DNA from: Kudoa neothunni
Taxonomy: Eukaryota > Animalia > Cnidaria
Direction: 5' to 3'
DNA: 64,000 bases
Assembly (NCBI GenBank): GCA_964304625.1
Contig: OZ199840.1
Span: forward strand, 2,406,787 to 2,470,786
Position numbers and translations under genes: made by a program. The notes beneath the pieces were generated by a model that saw only the letters and a list, made by a program, of their open reading frames with translations, had not been told where the DNA came from and made no database searches. Of the stretch, positions 1-13,743 are shown one piece after another. Every line of letters begins with the position of its first letter. Position 1 is the first letter of the stretch.

Positions 1-2109
1 TTTTTATTAAGAGCACCAGAGGCGGATTAAAAATTCTATTTCTTAGTTATTTGTCACTATGAACATCCGTTTTTGATAAAATGGGAGATAATGGATGTCC
101 CTGAGATATTTACGCAGTATATAAAACAGTTAAACATAATACAAAATAACAATAACATATTTATGTTTTTTGAGATTATCCTAGTTGTCATCCCATCCGT
201 CTTTAGAACTGTTTAACATTGAATTGACGTTATCTTCCAAAAATATAGTTATGTTACTTCCTAACCTACACACTAAAAGTTATTCGTTCTTTAATTAAAC
301 GTATAAAAACATTTAATTAAGTGATCGACACTGTAAATTTAAGATTCTATTGTGGTCAACCGAGAGGATCCATAATATTGTACACTTATTATAACAAAAT
401 TTTTAGAAGTCGTTAAAACACAATATCAAATTTTTTAAAAAGCTGGATTTTGTCTCGATAATTCTGCCGTCTCGAATTTAAATAAAGACAAAATTAGGTG
501 ATTCAATTTTTGTATAATTTTCTGTACAGCAAATGTTAAAAGTAATTAAAAGGGATGTTTCAATTAAAAAATAATGAGTTTCAACTAATTAAAACCTTAA
601 GGGAGTGCTACTTTCAGAATTTGTAAATATGGAAGCATTAACTATAAATAATAACAAAAATACATCCAGTTATTCCTGGGACGCTAGTTGGTCATATTCA
701 GAATTATTTGATGTTGATAAATTTAATTCAATAAACAGTTTAAATGTTTCAAATAAATATCTGATTTATTACCCAAAAATGGCCATTTAGTCCAGGAATT
801 CACGCACACGTTGGAACAATAAATATGTAAAATATCAATAAAGTCTAAAAACTAATTCAAAATCACTTTTTTAGATAAAATATCATAATAATCGAAAATG
901 ATTAGAAATTTGAATATTCACATGCATCCAAGATGTTCTTATCGAGCTGTCGTTATTGGCCTATTCGAAACTTCCCCAAATCCCTAAGGGATTACAAATA
1001 ACCTACCACAAATTTCAGTCAGTTGAAGTTTATATTTACACATTTATCATCTAAAAAACCATTAAATTAAGAATATCATGTCTCTGTATATATATAAATT
1101 AGATGTATGTGCAAAATCATTCCTTATAGAAGGACTGTTACGATGTTGGACATGGTGAGTAAAATTTGAAAATTCAATTTTTTTGTCAAAAATACAACGA
1201 AGAGGAATTCATTTTCTAAATCTATTTGGAGGGCTCAATTGAATTTTTAGTAATAAAATTTAGTTTAGATGTATTCTCAATTAATATAATTTAAATTAGT
1301 GGGGTTGATATACAAGAGGCTACGCAGTCGTTTGTTAGAAAGTGTGTGTTAAAGTTTGCGCATATTAGCGGTATGTAAATTTGAGAATTAAAATTTCTCA
1401 AATGTTTTAAGTTATCAATGATCTATATAGTTTTTATTATATTTATGATCGCCATAAAACAATGATGTGAAAACTTAAGGGGTTGTGGTGAAAATTAGAT
1501 TTAGAAAATCCTCAAAGGTTTAATAAACGTTATAATTAACACGATTGTGGTACAAAAAACGGGACTTCAAAAAATATGACCTTAACATTTAGTAATTTAA
1601 TGTTTATTAGAGACAGCAATGTGGCTAATTGACAGCTGGCGTTAGTACATCACTCTCCTAGAATTATCACGACTTTAATTTCGCTAATCACAATCGTTAA
1701 AAATATGATGGAAATAATAAAATTTTAACTGATACCTTGTATAGGCTAATGTAAGGATAATTATGTGTTTTACAATTTTTTAGAAATATTTTAAAACAAA
1801 ATTATTCAAAACCACGACAAAAATAGTTTGTTCCAAGTAGTTTATAATGTTAAAGTTCAAAAGATATATAAATAAGTTTTATTTAACATAAATTTTTCCC
1901 ACTGTAAATAATGAATTAAATTTAAATATTGGGTACACCTGATAAACTTAAACGATTCTAAAACGCTCTAGGGTCAGTATTTTGAACATTTGCTAACGTT
2001 AATCCATTGGTTGGATTTACAATTACGACAAAAATTAGCCAAAATAAATCATAAAACTAAACTATTACGACATGTATATTCGATATATTTTGTAATTTTA
2101 TAATGGTGC

Positions 2110-4803
2110 TTAGATCACTGACATTTCAATATTTTCTATATTGTCTGCATCGGCAGATGCTCGAACGTTCAATTTTGATTTTTCTTCCTTGTAGAGTTTG
2201 TCTATAGTATCGTCAGTATCTTTATTGATTATAAAGAGCGCCGCTATATATTCTGTTAAATGCAATGACGTATAAACGTTTCTTACATGCACAAATCACA
2301 TTAACGACTAGAGCTATGATACATATTCTCCAAATTTTATTGTTGACAAAGTCATCGAGTTTTTTCCAGAAGTCTCCGTTAATTAACGATAACCAAATTA
2401 CAGGAAAACTAGCATCCTCCACTAACGTGATGCAATTGTGACTGGACCCACAAACCCCTCTGTTATTGTCACACACATCACCTTTGTTTTTAATTAATTA
2501 TATAACATCATTAAATTACCCAACCTTTTGATTTGTAAATCAACTTTGAGTCATCATGTTGTAAAATTTCACAAGTATTAGAATCTCCTGAACTTTTGCA
2601 ACATATGGCACATTTATTTTTCTTGTCTGGACAATCACATTCGATTTTTCCCTTGATCTCACAGAGGGATAAATTGCACGTCTAAATATTGCATAAGCGA
2701 ACAAAAATTTGTTAAATATACCCCTTGGCCATCACAAACTTTATTATTCTCTTTGCAAAGGGTATTTTTAGCGTGGTTTGTTGAAACAGGACAAGTCGCA
2801 GAACCTTCACTAGTAAATGATTACATTTAAGTTATAATTAATTGAATATGGGAGGTACTTGCATGTAGAAGAGGTAGCACATTCATGGGCTGCCTTACAT
2901 ATTTTATTATTTGATGAATATTCGCAATTAGATTCACAACACGAACCCATAGAAGGACTATACTTAATTAATTAAAATATAATTTAACGTTTGATATTGT
3001 TGCCTGCATCGAGCTCCATTCTTGAGTCTGCATCTACCACCGTTGGTGTAAGCTTTTACGCAACAACCATCTTCATTGATACCCGGATCACATACCTCGC
3101 CTTCCTCAATAATGCCATTTCCACAAACAGCCTTGTTGCTATCTAATTTATTAAGTTTATATCTTTTCACTTAAGAAAAATAAATACGTTTTAAACAATG
3201 TGTGCGTGAATTTAATCGAATCAATTCTAAAATTCTTCTTCTACTACATGGCGAAAAGTATTTGTTATTTGGTAGAGCTCCAGAGTTAGCTGTAGCACAC
3301 ATGATATACATCCCATTTAATCCCCCGGGTGAACAATCATTGACATCCTTTTTAGATGGACATTTTCTTCCTTTTTCGCAAGGGAATACCGGATCGTGCT
3401 TTTTTAAAGTTAATTGATTATAATTAATATAATTATTACGTTCACTCCCAGTGTATGTCCGTACTCGTGGATTATAGTTTGTTCGATTGTCAATATACCG
3501 ACTTTTTTCCCAAACAAATTTGAAGTGACTATAATTCCTGCTAATTTAGCGCATATACCAGTTCCTAAAGGATAATAATTTATTCAAAATAATATTGTGT
3601 CAGCTACCTAGGGGACTTCCGATGTATGCCATTCCAAGCGTTCCTTCCCAATCTGAACCAACCAAAAGTAATTTGGAACAGAAATCACTCTTAAAAAGAT
3701 CATTGTGATTATACAAGTAAAGAGTTTGTTCGGGGCTTTTGACAAAGTTATCCATAACGGTTAATTCATAACCACTAAGAACTCTGTACGAAGTAATCTT
3801 GTATTGGATATACGCTTCGCTCTGTGTGGTATTGAAATTTTGCAATAGTAATTTGTTTACAGTTTCATACATAGTCATAATTTCAAGAATGACGCTCTCA
3901 TGTGATTTTTTACCATGAATGTAATTTGGGTGGATATCTACATGAGTGTCGCAGATGTTATTGAATGTTGATACTTTTGCTTCCCTGGACTTTTTCGTTT
4001 CATGAATTATTTCACTTCGCTTTATAATATAATCCTTAAAGTTATGATTTTCTGTCTGTACACTATCTTCATTATCGCCTTAATTTTTTGTTATTGAGAT
4101 GAAAAGAATCACTTAATTCAATAATACCAATGTTGTGCTCCGATGCGAACAGAGATTTCCTTTTAATATTCTTTTCTAAAAATTCATGATCCAAAGAAGA
4201 ATCTTTATAAAATATTGAATGTCCCGTATTCTTTTGATTGATGTCTTTAATAAGAGACAAATCTGAGAACACATAATGTTCCGAGGAGCCATCATCATTT
4301 TCATAATCTATTTTGCCATAAAATATACCGTTTTCTATAAAACCATATGCATGGGTGTTTTGCTCTATTATTCATTGATTAAAAATATTATAATTATTAA
4401 ACATTCAAATTATTAATTATTACCATCGCAAATTTTTCCTGTGAGATAGTAAACATTTAATAATTCATAAATTGGCTCGTCAGGTTTTACTTTCATACAA
4501 AAATGTAATTTACTAAATACGATGATCACAACAAATGAATTACCATCATAAATTACTTTAAAGAAGTTTTTATCTCAAAAATGAACATTTCGTCTTTGTT
4601 GTTCATATATTTTTGTATGAATTCAATATACTTTTTTAGTATAAATTCGTTGTCATAATTGAGTATTTCTAATTCTTTCAAATAACCATGGTTTGAATTG
4701 TCTGCGTTTTTGAAAATGCCTAATTAATTTTATTACAATATATTTCATGAAAATACATACCAAAAAACAATATTTCATAGAATAAAATCACTATAGGTGA
4801 CAT
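2110..4803 (-). CDS. ADAM10: ADAM10/kuzbanian-like disintegrin and metalloprotease, multi-exon with tiny introns
   Basis: Manual splicing gives a signal peptide (MSPIVILFYEILFFG, ATG at 4803), a prodomain (HAYGFIENGIFYGKI...HSIFYKD), GTLGMAYIG, and the zinc motif HEYGHTLGVN|HD split by a 41-nt intron (3399-3439). It continues with the Met-turn YIMCATA, disintegrin AVCGNGIIEEGEVCDPG, a Cys-rich region, a TM segment (IWRICIIALVVNVICASALFII) and a short tail ending at TAA 2110. Intron 1 is 4720-4760. ADAM10 rather than ADAM17 is by resemblance only. Confidence 0.88.
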
Positions 4804-5189
4804 GGGATTGATATAATAACGATTAGAGATTAAATAAGCATGCTTTTACATTGAATAGTATAATATTTCGTGAACTTTGGATTGTATTACATATAGTTGA
4901 GTATATTTCTGCAGATGAGCTACGCAATTTTATTAATGTATGTTATTATAAAAATTTCATAATAAACGAGTTCACAATACTACAAAGCATAGTGATCAAG
5001 GCGTGGTTATTATTTCTATATAGGATGTTTTCATAATACGAATAATAGGTTATCTCAAATATAGCCAGCCTAGTCGTTTTTTATATCTTTAGAGTTTATT
5101 CTACTTATATATTTATTCAGTTTTCTAACAATTACCTTTAGCTTTTGCTTTTATATTTCAAAATTATGATTCAACTGCCTTTAAATTTT

Positions 5190-6860
5190 AACCTTCCGAA
5201 AATTTAGTGACTCCGATGTAACCTATGGTTTTTCTCAAAGAATAAATTACAAGATCATGAAAATAAAAATTAAGTTTTTAGATGTTTTTATGTATACGAT
5301 GTTTCAGAAAGTTCGACTTTTTTGTTTTCTTGAATCTTCGAATTCTCCGAGTGTCTTTATTGTGAATTTGACGAGACTGACCATGAGATTACTCCTACCA
5401 ATATAATACGTAACTGAATCCAGCGAAATAGAAGATGATTATTCATCTTCGTCTATTATTGAACCTTCGAATGATTTTTCTTACAATAACTTGCACATGT
5501 ATTAAAATATGTTAGGAACCTCTGTTGTCCCAACCCTTTCTAGATTTAGAAAAGAAAATATTTGGCGAAAAAGTCAAGCATAACTATATATGTAGACATG
5601 CGAGTTATAATATCGATATTTTAATTAATTTTTCAACGAAGAAATTAATCAAACCGTCATTACACATACTATCAAATAAATACGGAGATTTTCACTATGA
5701 TTAACAATGTAGGAGATAATATATTTATAAATTTTAATCGTAGCTTGATATTTTAATATATGTGTCTATATTCAAATTCAGAATTGAATCAACTACATGA
5801 TTAAGGAGTATTGATAAAGGGGGTGGGATTATCCGAAAAATTATTTTATTAACCAGATTTACACAGATTAACTGAAGGCTTTCATTCTAATGATTGTGAG
5901 ACCAGCAAAGTGCATAAGGTCAACGAGGAAATCCTCTAAATAATAGATTTATCTATGTAGTAAAAAATGGTTTTCCAGATGTTTAATTCCGCATAGTGAC
6001 TTTGCTGATGAAGAACGCCTAGTTGCATTTCATGGCAGATGTTCATTTAAACGGTACATGTCTTCAAAATAACGTGTTTGTCATAAAGTTTTGTCTTCTA
6101 ACCAATCCAATCGCCAGCTTGACACATAAAATATCTGTTCATCTCAGCAAAAATAAAAATTTTCACAATACAAAAAATTGTTGAAGAAAAGATGGTTTTG
6201 AATTTTTAGTCTTATTTAAAGAAACAAGTCTGTAAATCACCTGCGATATTATTTTAATTAATTTTATTAGTGAAAAAATTTTTGATTTAAATTTAACACT
6301 GTTGGAAATATTTCGACATAATTAAAAAGACCTCTTACCTTTATCAAAGCCCCAAAAATCAAGATAGGGTTTTTCCATTATTTATCTATTCAACTGGAAA
6401 AATATGTTATATCGTATTTACTGAAAAAGAATAAAGTTGTATTCACTAGCTACTTCTTCCAATAACACAAATATTGTAGTCGATAAAACAAAAAAAGCCA
6501 AAGGTATAGTGGATTATAATAAAAACAAAAGTTGCATGGATAAGATAGATCGTGTATTTGTCAATGACCACTGTAAAAAAATATACTAAAACAGGGCATT
6601 CCGGTTGGAAGTTGTGGACCCTCAGGGGCTCTGAGAGATAATTACTGATAATTCGTGACTTAAAACTTCATTAAAACAAAAAAATTGAATAGCTGGGCAT
6701 AAATGTACATAAACTTTCAAGTCAACGTAATCGGACTCTCTGTAAAGTATATCGAGTTTAGTTCTAGCGCCACGAAGCTAAAATAAGTCTGGTGGAAGAT
6801 GGTCATTTGATGAATTTTAATGATATTTAATGTAAGCTTTCAATCTAAAATTCACTTTTT
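5190..6860 (+). mobile_element. Degenerate piggyBac transposase relic
   Basis: Near 6005-6070 it reads DE..LVAFHGRCSFKRYMSSK*, and near 6510-6570 DYNKNKSCMDKIDR. Many stops and frameshifts. TTAA-CC at about 5190 is a possible left end; the right end is unresolved. Confidence 0.65.
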
Positions 6861-7704
6861 ATTGGTATATAAAACTAAAATAATAATTTAATTAATATTT
6901 ATTCTTTTGTAAATTATTCAATCAATCTTATAATGTCTAAATCAATCAATCATGAAAAAAATAACTTTGTGAATAAAAATTAAAATAATTCAAAATGTTT
7001 TAAAATGAGCTGAATCCTTAAAAATTATGTTAATAACTTTTTAAAGTGAACTATGACTAAATTAGAATTAAACATCAATTAGCGTAAAAATTAAGTTTTT
7101 TATCTTTTTATATTGAATTATTTTAATTTTTTGTTTCTAGTTAGAAGTAACTTCCATTTGAAAACTAAATAATCTAAAACTTTACATTCAAAATTAGGTC
7201 ATATATTTATTTTCCTCATTTAAGGTACAAATTTTTAATCAATTCAAATAAACCACGAAATCCAACATTCCGCTCAAAGCGAGTATTCACTTGTGATATT
7301 TTTTATTTAAATATTAAATGTCTAGTTCATTTATAACTTTTGATTTCTTCGTATTCTTATCTAGTTAAAGTTTAATTACGATCTAGTTGTTTCTTAAAAA
7401 GACCTGAAACATTAAAACATCTTATTTATTATCAGTTCTATTTTTTTTATTAAAAATTTTTTCTCGTTAAAATAGATTGCTTTTTCCTGTTTAATTATAG
7501 TCGATATTTTTTTTCTTGCCAAAAAATAAATCTGTTTTATATTTTCTTTTTGGAGAAGGGCACGGTTTTGTCCTCATAAATAGCAAAGAATGTATGAATA
7601 AAAAGTAATCGAGTAGCGCTTGATTAATTGAAAGTATTAATGTATATTTATAGTTATTCTTAAGAAATTCTTCAAACAAAAATATTTCTAATTCTGTTTT
7701 TATA

Positions 7705-8123
7705 TTTTTTTACAAGGTAAAACCCCTGGCGAAACTTTTAGATTGTGGTATTGGGCTTATTAGACCACCTCCATTAACACCGTAGGCGTTGTCGGACGAG
7801 TGACATCTACCTCCTTCCCCTTATCTTTCTGCAGTAGTGTGGGATTTTAACCCATTAAACATCTTTGTTTCAGGGGAAACCACCATCCAAATCCCTATCC
7901 ATAAGGACTTTGGCTCCATTGGGATTTCCAGCCTGTTAATGTATCCCCGATGAATCAAACGTCTAATTCAACCTCCTTTGCTAACTCGCACTCTAACAAC
8001 AGCTCCCATTACGGGATATAGAGACATACTTGTACCGAAACAGTAGACTGATCAGTAGCGGTAATCTAACCTAGTTCCACCGGGTATTGTGTTCGGTCAT
8101 CCTACCATTGGACCATTTTGTCC
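7705..8123 (-). mobile_element. Putative tRNA-derived SINE
   Basis: GC-richer island. The minus strand starts GGACAAAATGGTCCAATGGTAGGAT (A-box-like), has GGTTAGATTAC (B-box-like) about 50 nt in, then a ~300-bp body ending GGGGTTTTACCTTG plus an A-rich tail. Confidence 0.5.
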
Positions 8124-11100
8124 TAGACTTACATCCATGTTTGAAGCGATGTAACTAATCCCATGATTAATCATTAAAAGATAAAGTGAGGTTATATAAA
8201 CTTGTAAAATTTCGCTGTTCAATATAAGCAAAAAATAACGCATACATGCAAGTGAAATACTATTAATATAAAACTTATATTATGAAATACTTATATTAAT
8301 AAATTCATCCCTAAAATTTATGTTTTTGTATGTTGTTATATGCCAGAGATCGGTAATCTGATGGGGTTATTAGGTTGCATAGTCATGCTAAACTAGAAGG
8401 CGGACCAGAATATATATAAAATCTTTAGATGTAATTAATTTTTCGCGATAAAATTGAGAATTTGTCAAGGAAATTTATATTTTGATATTTAAAAGAATAC
8501 ATTTTTATTGTAATGCGGGAAAAAATAACGAAAGTTGGGCATTTTTTATGAGGAATTAGTTTTATGACAAAAATTTATTTCAAAATCTACTTGATTTTAT
8601 TGATATTGAACTTAATATTTCATATACTAAAATGATGATTCAACGTCTTGAACAACAATAATAAAACGCTTCTATTCGTCAGAATAAAAGTTGTATCATA
8701 CAATCAGTAAGAATAATTAAGAAATTGGATTAGGGAAATATTTAAACTTTATTTCGCGTTTACGCATATATAGAAAAGGGAGATGATATTTAATTAATTT
8801 CGTTTACATTTTTATTAGAATGTTTTGTGTACTGAAAAGATCGATTATAAAAATTAGAGAAACCATACAAGTTTTTACTAATAAAAATAACGAATTAACT
8901 TTATCGTTGATCTCTCTCGTCGAATTATCGAAGTAAGTTCTCTGGCTGAATTTGATGTGTGGGCCAGTCGTTGCCGACCCATGTTATATACCATAATTAA
9001 ATATAATAATAAATTATTTTTTTATTTTTCACAAAATGCGCCACTCTCCTTATAGCTGCTCAATCAACAGAATTTTTTATTGGACATTAAGTTAGAAAAC
9101 TATTATCATTAATCACAAAAATATTCAATCGATGCCGATTTAAACCACTTATCACCATAAACTCCAAAAATTGTATTAAAAATATTAATTTCATAGCTTA
9201 ATATATCAATAGAAACAATAGAAAATTGTTTTAGAAGAGTTTGTTTCCCTACATCCAAAAAATTTCACATAAAAGCTATTATTACTGATAAAAATATTTG
9301 ATTCAATACCGAAATATTTGGGGCATTAGAAGATTCTACCGTATCTACTTCAGAAGAATACAGCTGAATACTTTTCTCATAAGGTAATTTATGGATCGGA
9401 GGGTGAAAAGATAAATAATTAGGAAACAATTAAAAAATATTGTTCCTACAAAGCAAGACATTTTTAATTTAAAACTTGTGGCCTTTATAGAGATGAATTG
9501 TTTGAATGAATCAACAAAAATTGAACAAAATGGTATGAGTAAATTCTGATCAATTTCGATATAAAAGGAATAGTAATCTTTTGTATAACAAATAATGATT
9601 TTAAATCTTAACATACATAACTTAGATAACAAAATTTGACTCTTTCGTTCTCCTCGTGAGAATATATAAATTCTGTCAGTTATTACATTCTCAGTAAATA
9701 TTCATTTTTCCTGTGGGATGAACAAAAATCTATAATTTGTTGTAATAAAGCATAATGATATTTAATTGTTGGCGATTAAAAACATAATCAATTAAAAGCA
9801 AAACCTAATAGGCCGCATTTTATTATAAATCTTGTTTATTGTAATCAAAGTTAAAAATGATTCAATTTTCGGAATAATTTCGCATTCGTATTTCTTCCGC
9901 AAAAATAAAAATGCGTAAAAAAATAAAATAAATAATGCAGACTTTTCATGTAATTCAAATATTTCTTTTATTGAATTTTCATGTAATCTCAATATTATGA
10001 TTTTATTATTTATATAAATAAATATCTAACTAAGAAAATTCTTGATTCGAATGATCAAACAATCCAATAAAAAATTATAATATAAAAGCAATGAAGAAAT
10101 AATTAAATAAAACTTAAGTAAATAGACACTCACAACAACCAGAAAATTATCTTTAAATTCATTCAGGTTTTCTAAAATAGAAAACAACAAATATTAATAA
10201 AATATTAGATTTCATGTGCTAATTTAGTTTTTAATATAGAATTAACAATAAATTAAGAAAATATAATAATAATATTAAAATTTTAGTTGATAAATGAATA
10301 AAATGTTATGAATAGTCAAAATAATGATGGTTATATAATTAATTATCTATTTTAATATTCTGAAATTGGTATAATCAGCATATCGATTCCCCTATTTAGT
10401 AGTCGTGTAAAATTAATTTAAGTCGCCAAATCTGATACTATAATATTATCATATTCAGCATTATGGAATAAAATAGTGCTAAATTTTTTTTTAAGTCTGC
10501 TCAAAATATTTGCCGACCTATTTAAATAAAATTTACTTTACTTTAATCATTCTAATAGAACGTTATTTGAACGAATTAGAAATACTTCTTACGTAGTTTA
10601 ACGTGATTCAATAATAAATATGACCGTGATATATCTAAAATATTTTGAATATAAATATAATTTTTTATTAATAATATAACAAAAAAGTTTCATTACAACA
10701 ATTAAACTAATTTATATAAATACATAATAGTTTAAAAAATTTTCGTGATGTAAGATCAAGACTTGTTGAGCAATCATCGAATGATAAATGAATATTAAAA
10801 TCATTCATATATTATAAAGAATCCATATTATTATCAATATGCTCTTAAGTTGCCTGCTTCAAATATATTGTTATTCATGAGATCATATTAAGTTTAAAAA
10901 TATCGCAAAACTTTTAGTGTACCGTAAACAACACGCAAAACTTGAAGGAACTTAAAATTTACTGATCACAATTAAGTTATTAATGATATAATAAGTCGTC
11001 GTATATACACAAAAGGTCCCATTTTCTTGGCAAAATAATAATTTTAATATCAATACCGTAAAATAAGGAATCTCAAACGCCAAATCATACAAATAATTTA

Positions 11101-11360
11101 AGATAAACTAGAGAGACTGTTTAAAAACGAGTATTTTTTTAAATATATAATTCTTTGTTTTTTAACGAATTCAACGATGAATAGATCAAAATAATAAAAA
11201 TAAGTAAACAAGGATTATTTCAAACGTTCAATCAATATAATAGCTGGACTTGATATAATCAACCAACAAATTATATAGGAAAAACAAAATTTAACAGACA
11301 AGAAAAAAAGAACACAAAATACACGAACCAATAAATATAGCGGAAATAAATTTTGTTAAT

Positions 11361-12209
11361 TTAAGAAAATGTTATCCTTTCCTCATAGAAATCGATAACC
11401 TTTTGTGGAACTCTTTTGTTTACAGTTTCACTCGGAATAAACTGAGGAGACTCAAGTTCTTTGAACTTTACAAGCAAATAGTATTTACCGTCTTTGACGG
11501 TGGCTCCCTCGATACTATTCACAACGTAATGTTTGGTAAATCCATTATCTTCTCCGGGGAACATGGTCAAAAGAGTTTCTCGAGTATATTTCTTTGAGAG
11601 TGATCCCTCTTTTCTACTTCCGTCAATCTTTATGCTGTGAAAAATATTATTCTTCTTTTTCAATTTTTTAGGTCCATCGTTTGAGTCGCTACTTTCGCTA
11701 ATATTAACTTTCTTAGCGATATGGCTTTTTCGGGGAGATTTTGAGAGTATTATAGGTGATGCCATTTTCTTAGATGAAACTAGTGGCGATGCTATTTTTT
11801 TGTTTGAAACTAGGGGTGATTTAATTTCTTTGGGTGAAATTAATGATGATTTTTTAATAGATGTTTCTTTCAACTTTCCTTCATCATCACTACCATCAGA
11901 TTCCAATTTCATAGCTTTCTTTTTTTTGGCGGGAGTAATGCTAGCTTCAAGTGTATTGCTGGAAACACTGAGTGAGTTTGACTTTCTTTTATTGGATTTT
12001 GGTGTATTATGTTTGTTGTCATCAGCTTTCTCAAATGCAACGAGTAATTCATGGCAGTTGGATAAATTTTCCTCCGGTTCCCAGGAATTGTTGTCGTCGC
12101 TATATCCTTCCCATTTAACAAGGTAATACACCTTATTTCCCTTTTTCTTTGAAGATATAATCTTTTCCACATTGTATTCTTCGTCACTGGAAACACTCGA
12201 GGATGACAT
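11361..12209 (-). CDS. HP1/chromobox family protein (chromodomain + hinge + chromoshadow domain), intronless, 282 aa
   Basis: ATG at 12209. Chromodomain EEYNVEKIISSKKKGNKVYYLVKWEGYSDDNNSWEPEENL retains the aromatic cage residues. The C-terminal chromoshadow reads IEGATVKDGKYYLLVKFKE...VNKRVPQKVIDFYEERITF. The hinge is Lys/Ser-rich. Confidence 0.93.
   Translation of the reverse strand: MSSSSVSSDEEYNVEKIISSKKKGNKVYYLVKWEGYSDDNNSWEPEENLSNCHELLVAFEKADDNKHNTPKSNKRKSNSLSVSSNTLEASITPAKKKKAMKLESDGSDDEGKLKETSIKKSSLISPKEIKSPLVSNKKIASPLVSSKKMASPIILSKSPRKSHIAKKVNISESSDSNDGPKKLKKKNNIFHSIKIDGSRKEGSLSKKYTRETLLTMFPGEDNGFTKHYVVNSIEGATVKDGKYYLLVKFKELESPQFIPSETVNKRVPQKVIDFYEERITFS
11755..11840 (-). repeat. 30-bp (10-aa) tandem repeat in the HP1 hinge
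   Basis: Encodes SPKEIK SPLVSNKKIA SPLVSSKKMA SPIILSKSP. Confidence 0.8.
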
Positions 12210-13274
12210 CGAAAACCTCAACAATACTATGTCCTAACACACGAATGATTATTCCGCTAAGCGCCTGCGTCAATCGTATCACGTGATAATCACCGTAGTC
12301 AATGAAATTTTTACTATTTATTGTCATTGTTTCAATCAACTTTTGTTTCTCCGTCATTTTTAATTTAATTACTACCATGGTGATAACGAAAATTTAAACT
12401 GTTTCCATTAAAGCTAATCCCAGTGCTAAATCTAAATGTGCTATTTTATCCTCTCAGTGGTTACTTCGAGATTTAAATGGGGATTAATCTTAATCCTTCC
12501 CTCACATTCATGAAGTATACATCGATGATGTAATCCAAAACTCCAATCCTTTTGTTACATCATTAGTTACATGTAGAATACTAATGTTATCGCTCCCAAC
12601 AATATTAAACGAATGAATATCCAAAACACGAATATAACTAGTCGAAATCTTGCATTATTGTCGTATACGTACGAGATGTGTACTGGAGACAGTAATTATG
12701 TAATCTGGTCATGTTATTCGATATAACAATCAGTAAATAAGCGGTAGTATCTAATGTTATTTGTTACATTCACCGCAAAAGGAATATCATACAAATAAAA
12801 TCACAATTTATTTTTTTAAATATATTTTCTATGAATCAGGTTGACCTAGATTTTATTCTCTGTGTTGCTACACGCCGAAATTTTTTTATAAGAGTCTTTA
12901 ATTTCATTTATAAAGCCATCATAATCCTTGGATGATCAGCGCTGACAACGTGGTCACTCATTATCATAAATTTTACGTCGTGTATATGCCAATCTAAGAA
13001 TGACCGAAGTTGATGTGTACTTATGACTTTGGATATCCATCTCTTTCCAAGGAAGGTCCGAAAACACCCAAGTTTTTATAGTTTTCTATATCTCTCTGAA
13101 AGTAAGCTATTTTATTTTTTAACAACTACAGGAATGTTTCAATAAATTATAAAATATAAACTAAGGCTACGTATTTGTTTCTACAGTAAAAAATACGTTT
13201 AAAATAGAATGTTTATTTCTTTTGTTGGATATTATTTGCGAGAAAATTTGAAGTAAAATGATCCAGTATCTATA

Positions 13275-13743
13275 CAGTAAACTCTCGATACTATGTAATG
13301 CATTATATTTTGGCATATTATTTTAAATTTTATCTTTATAAGGAAAAATTGATGTTCTTTGCTATTGCTTAACTTAAATTGTTTATTTTAATCTTTTTAA
13401 TCTTCAAACTGCTTTACAATAAAAACTGAAAATGACTCGTTGTCATAGAAATATTAAAGATGAAATTAAATTAAATTAAACAAACATTACAATTTAATGA
13501 ATAATCACGGGTAAGGTTTGAACCCTCGAGCTATAGCTTAAAGGGGGTGGTGCCATATCGATCTGATGTTGATCGCGCATATGTTAACATTGGCTACAAT
13601 CCTTAAAATCAACCAATGCACTAAATAGGAAAAATTAACGAATATTAAAAAATAAATATTTGCATTGTTTGTGCATGTGCATGCCTCGGTATTGCGTAAT
13701 TTTTATTGATCCCTAAAAGTTACACAATATCGAGAGTTTTGTG
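13275..13743. mobile_element. Tc1/pogo-type MITE
   Basis: TIRs CAGTAAACTCTCGATACTATGTAA and TTACACAATATCGAGAGTTTTGTG, flanked by TA on both sides; no ORF. Confidence 0.75.

Noticed and set aside
1-1100. Possible exons or pseudogene, including ORF 605-790
   Set aside because: Some splice-like signals are present, but I could build no consistent frame or recognisable domain.
11403-12378. Overlapping ORFs 11403-11597, 11800-12126, 11909-12196 and 12184-12378
   Set aside because: These are antisense or alternate-frame shadows of the HP1 gene with no recognisable motifs.
12230-12800. Coding-like sequence upstream of HP1
   Set aside because: Stops in all frames and no identifiable family.
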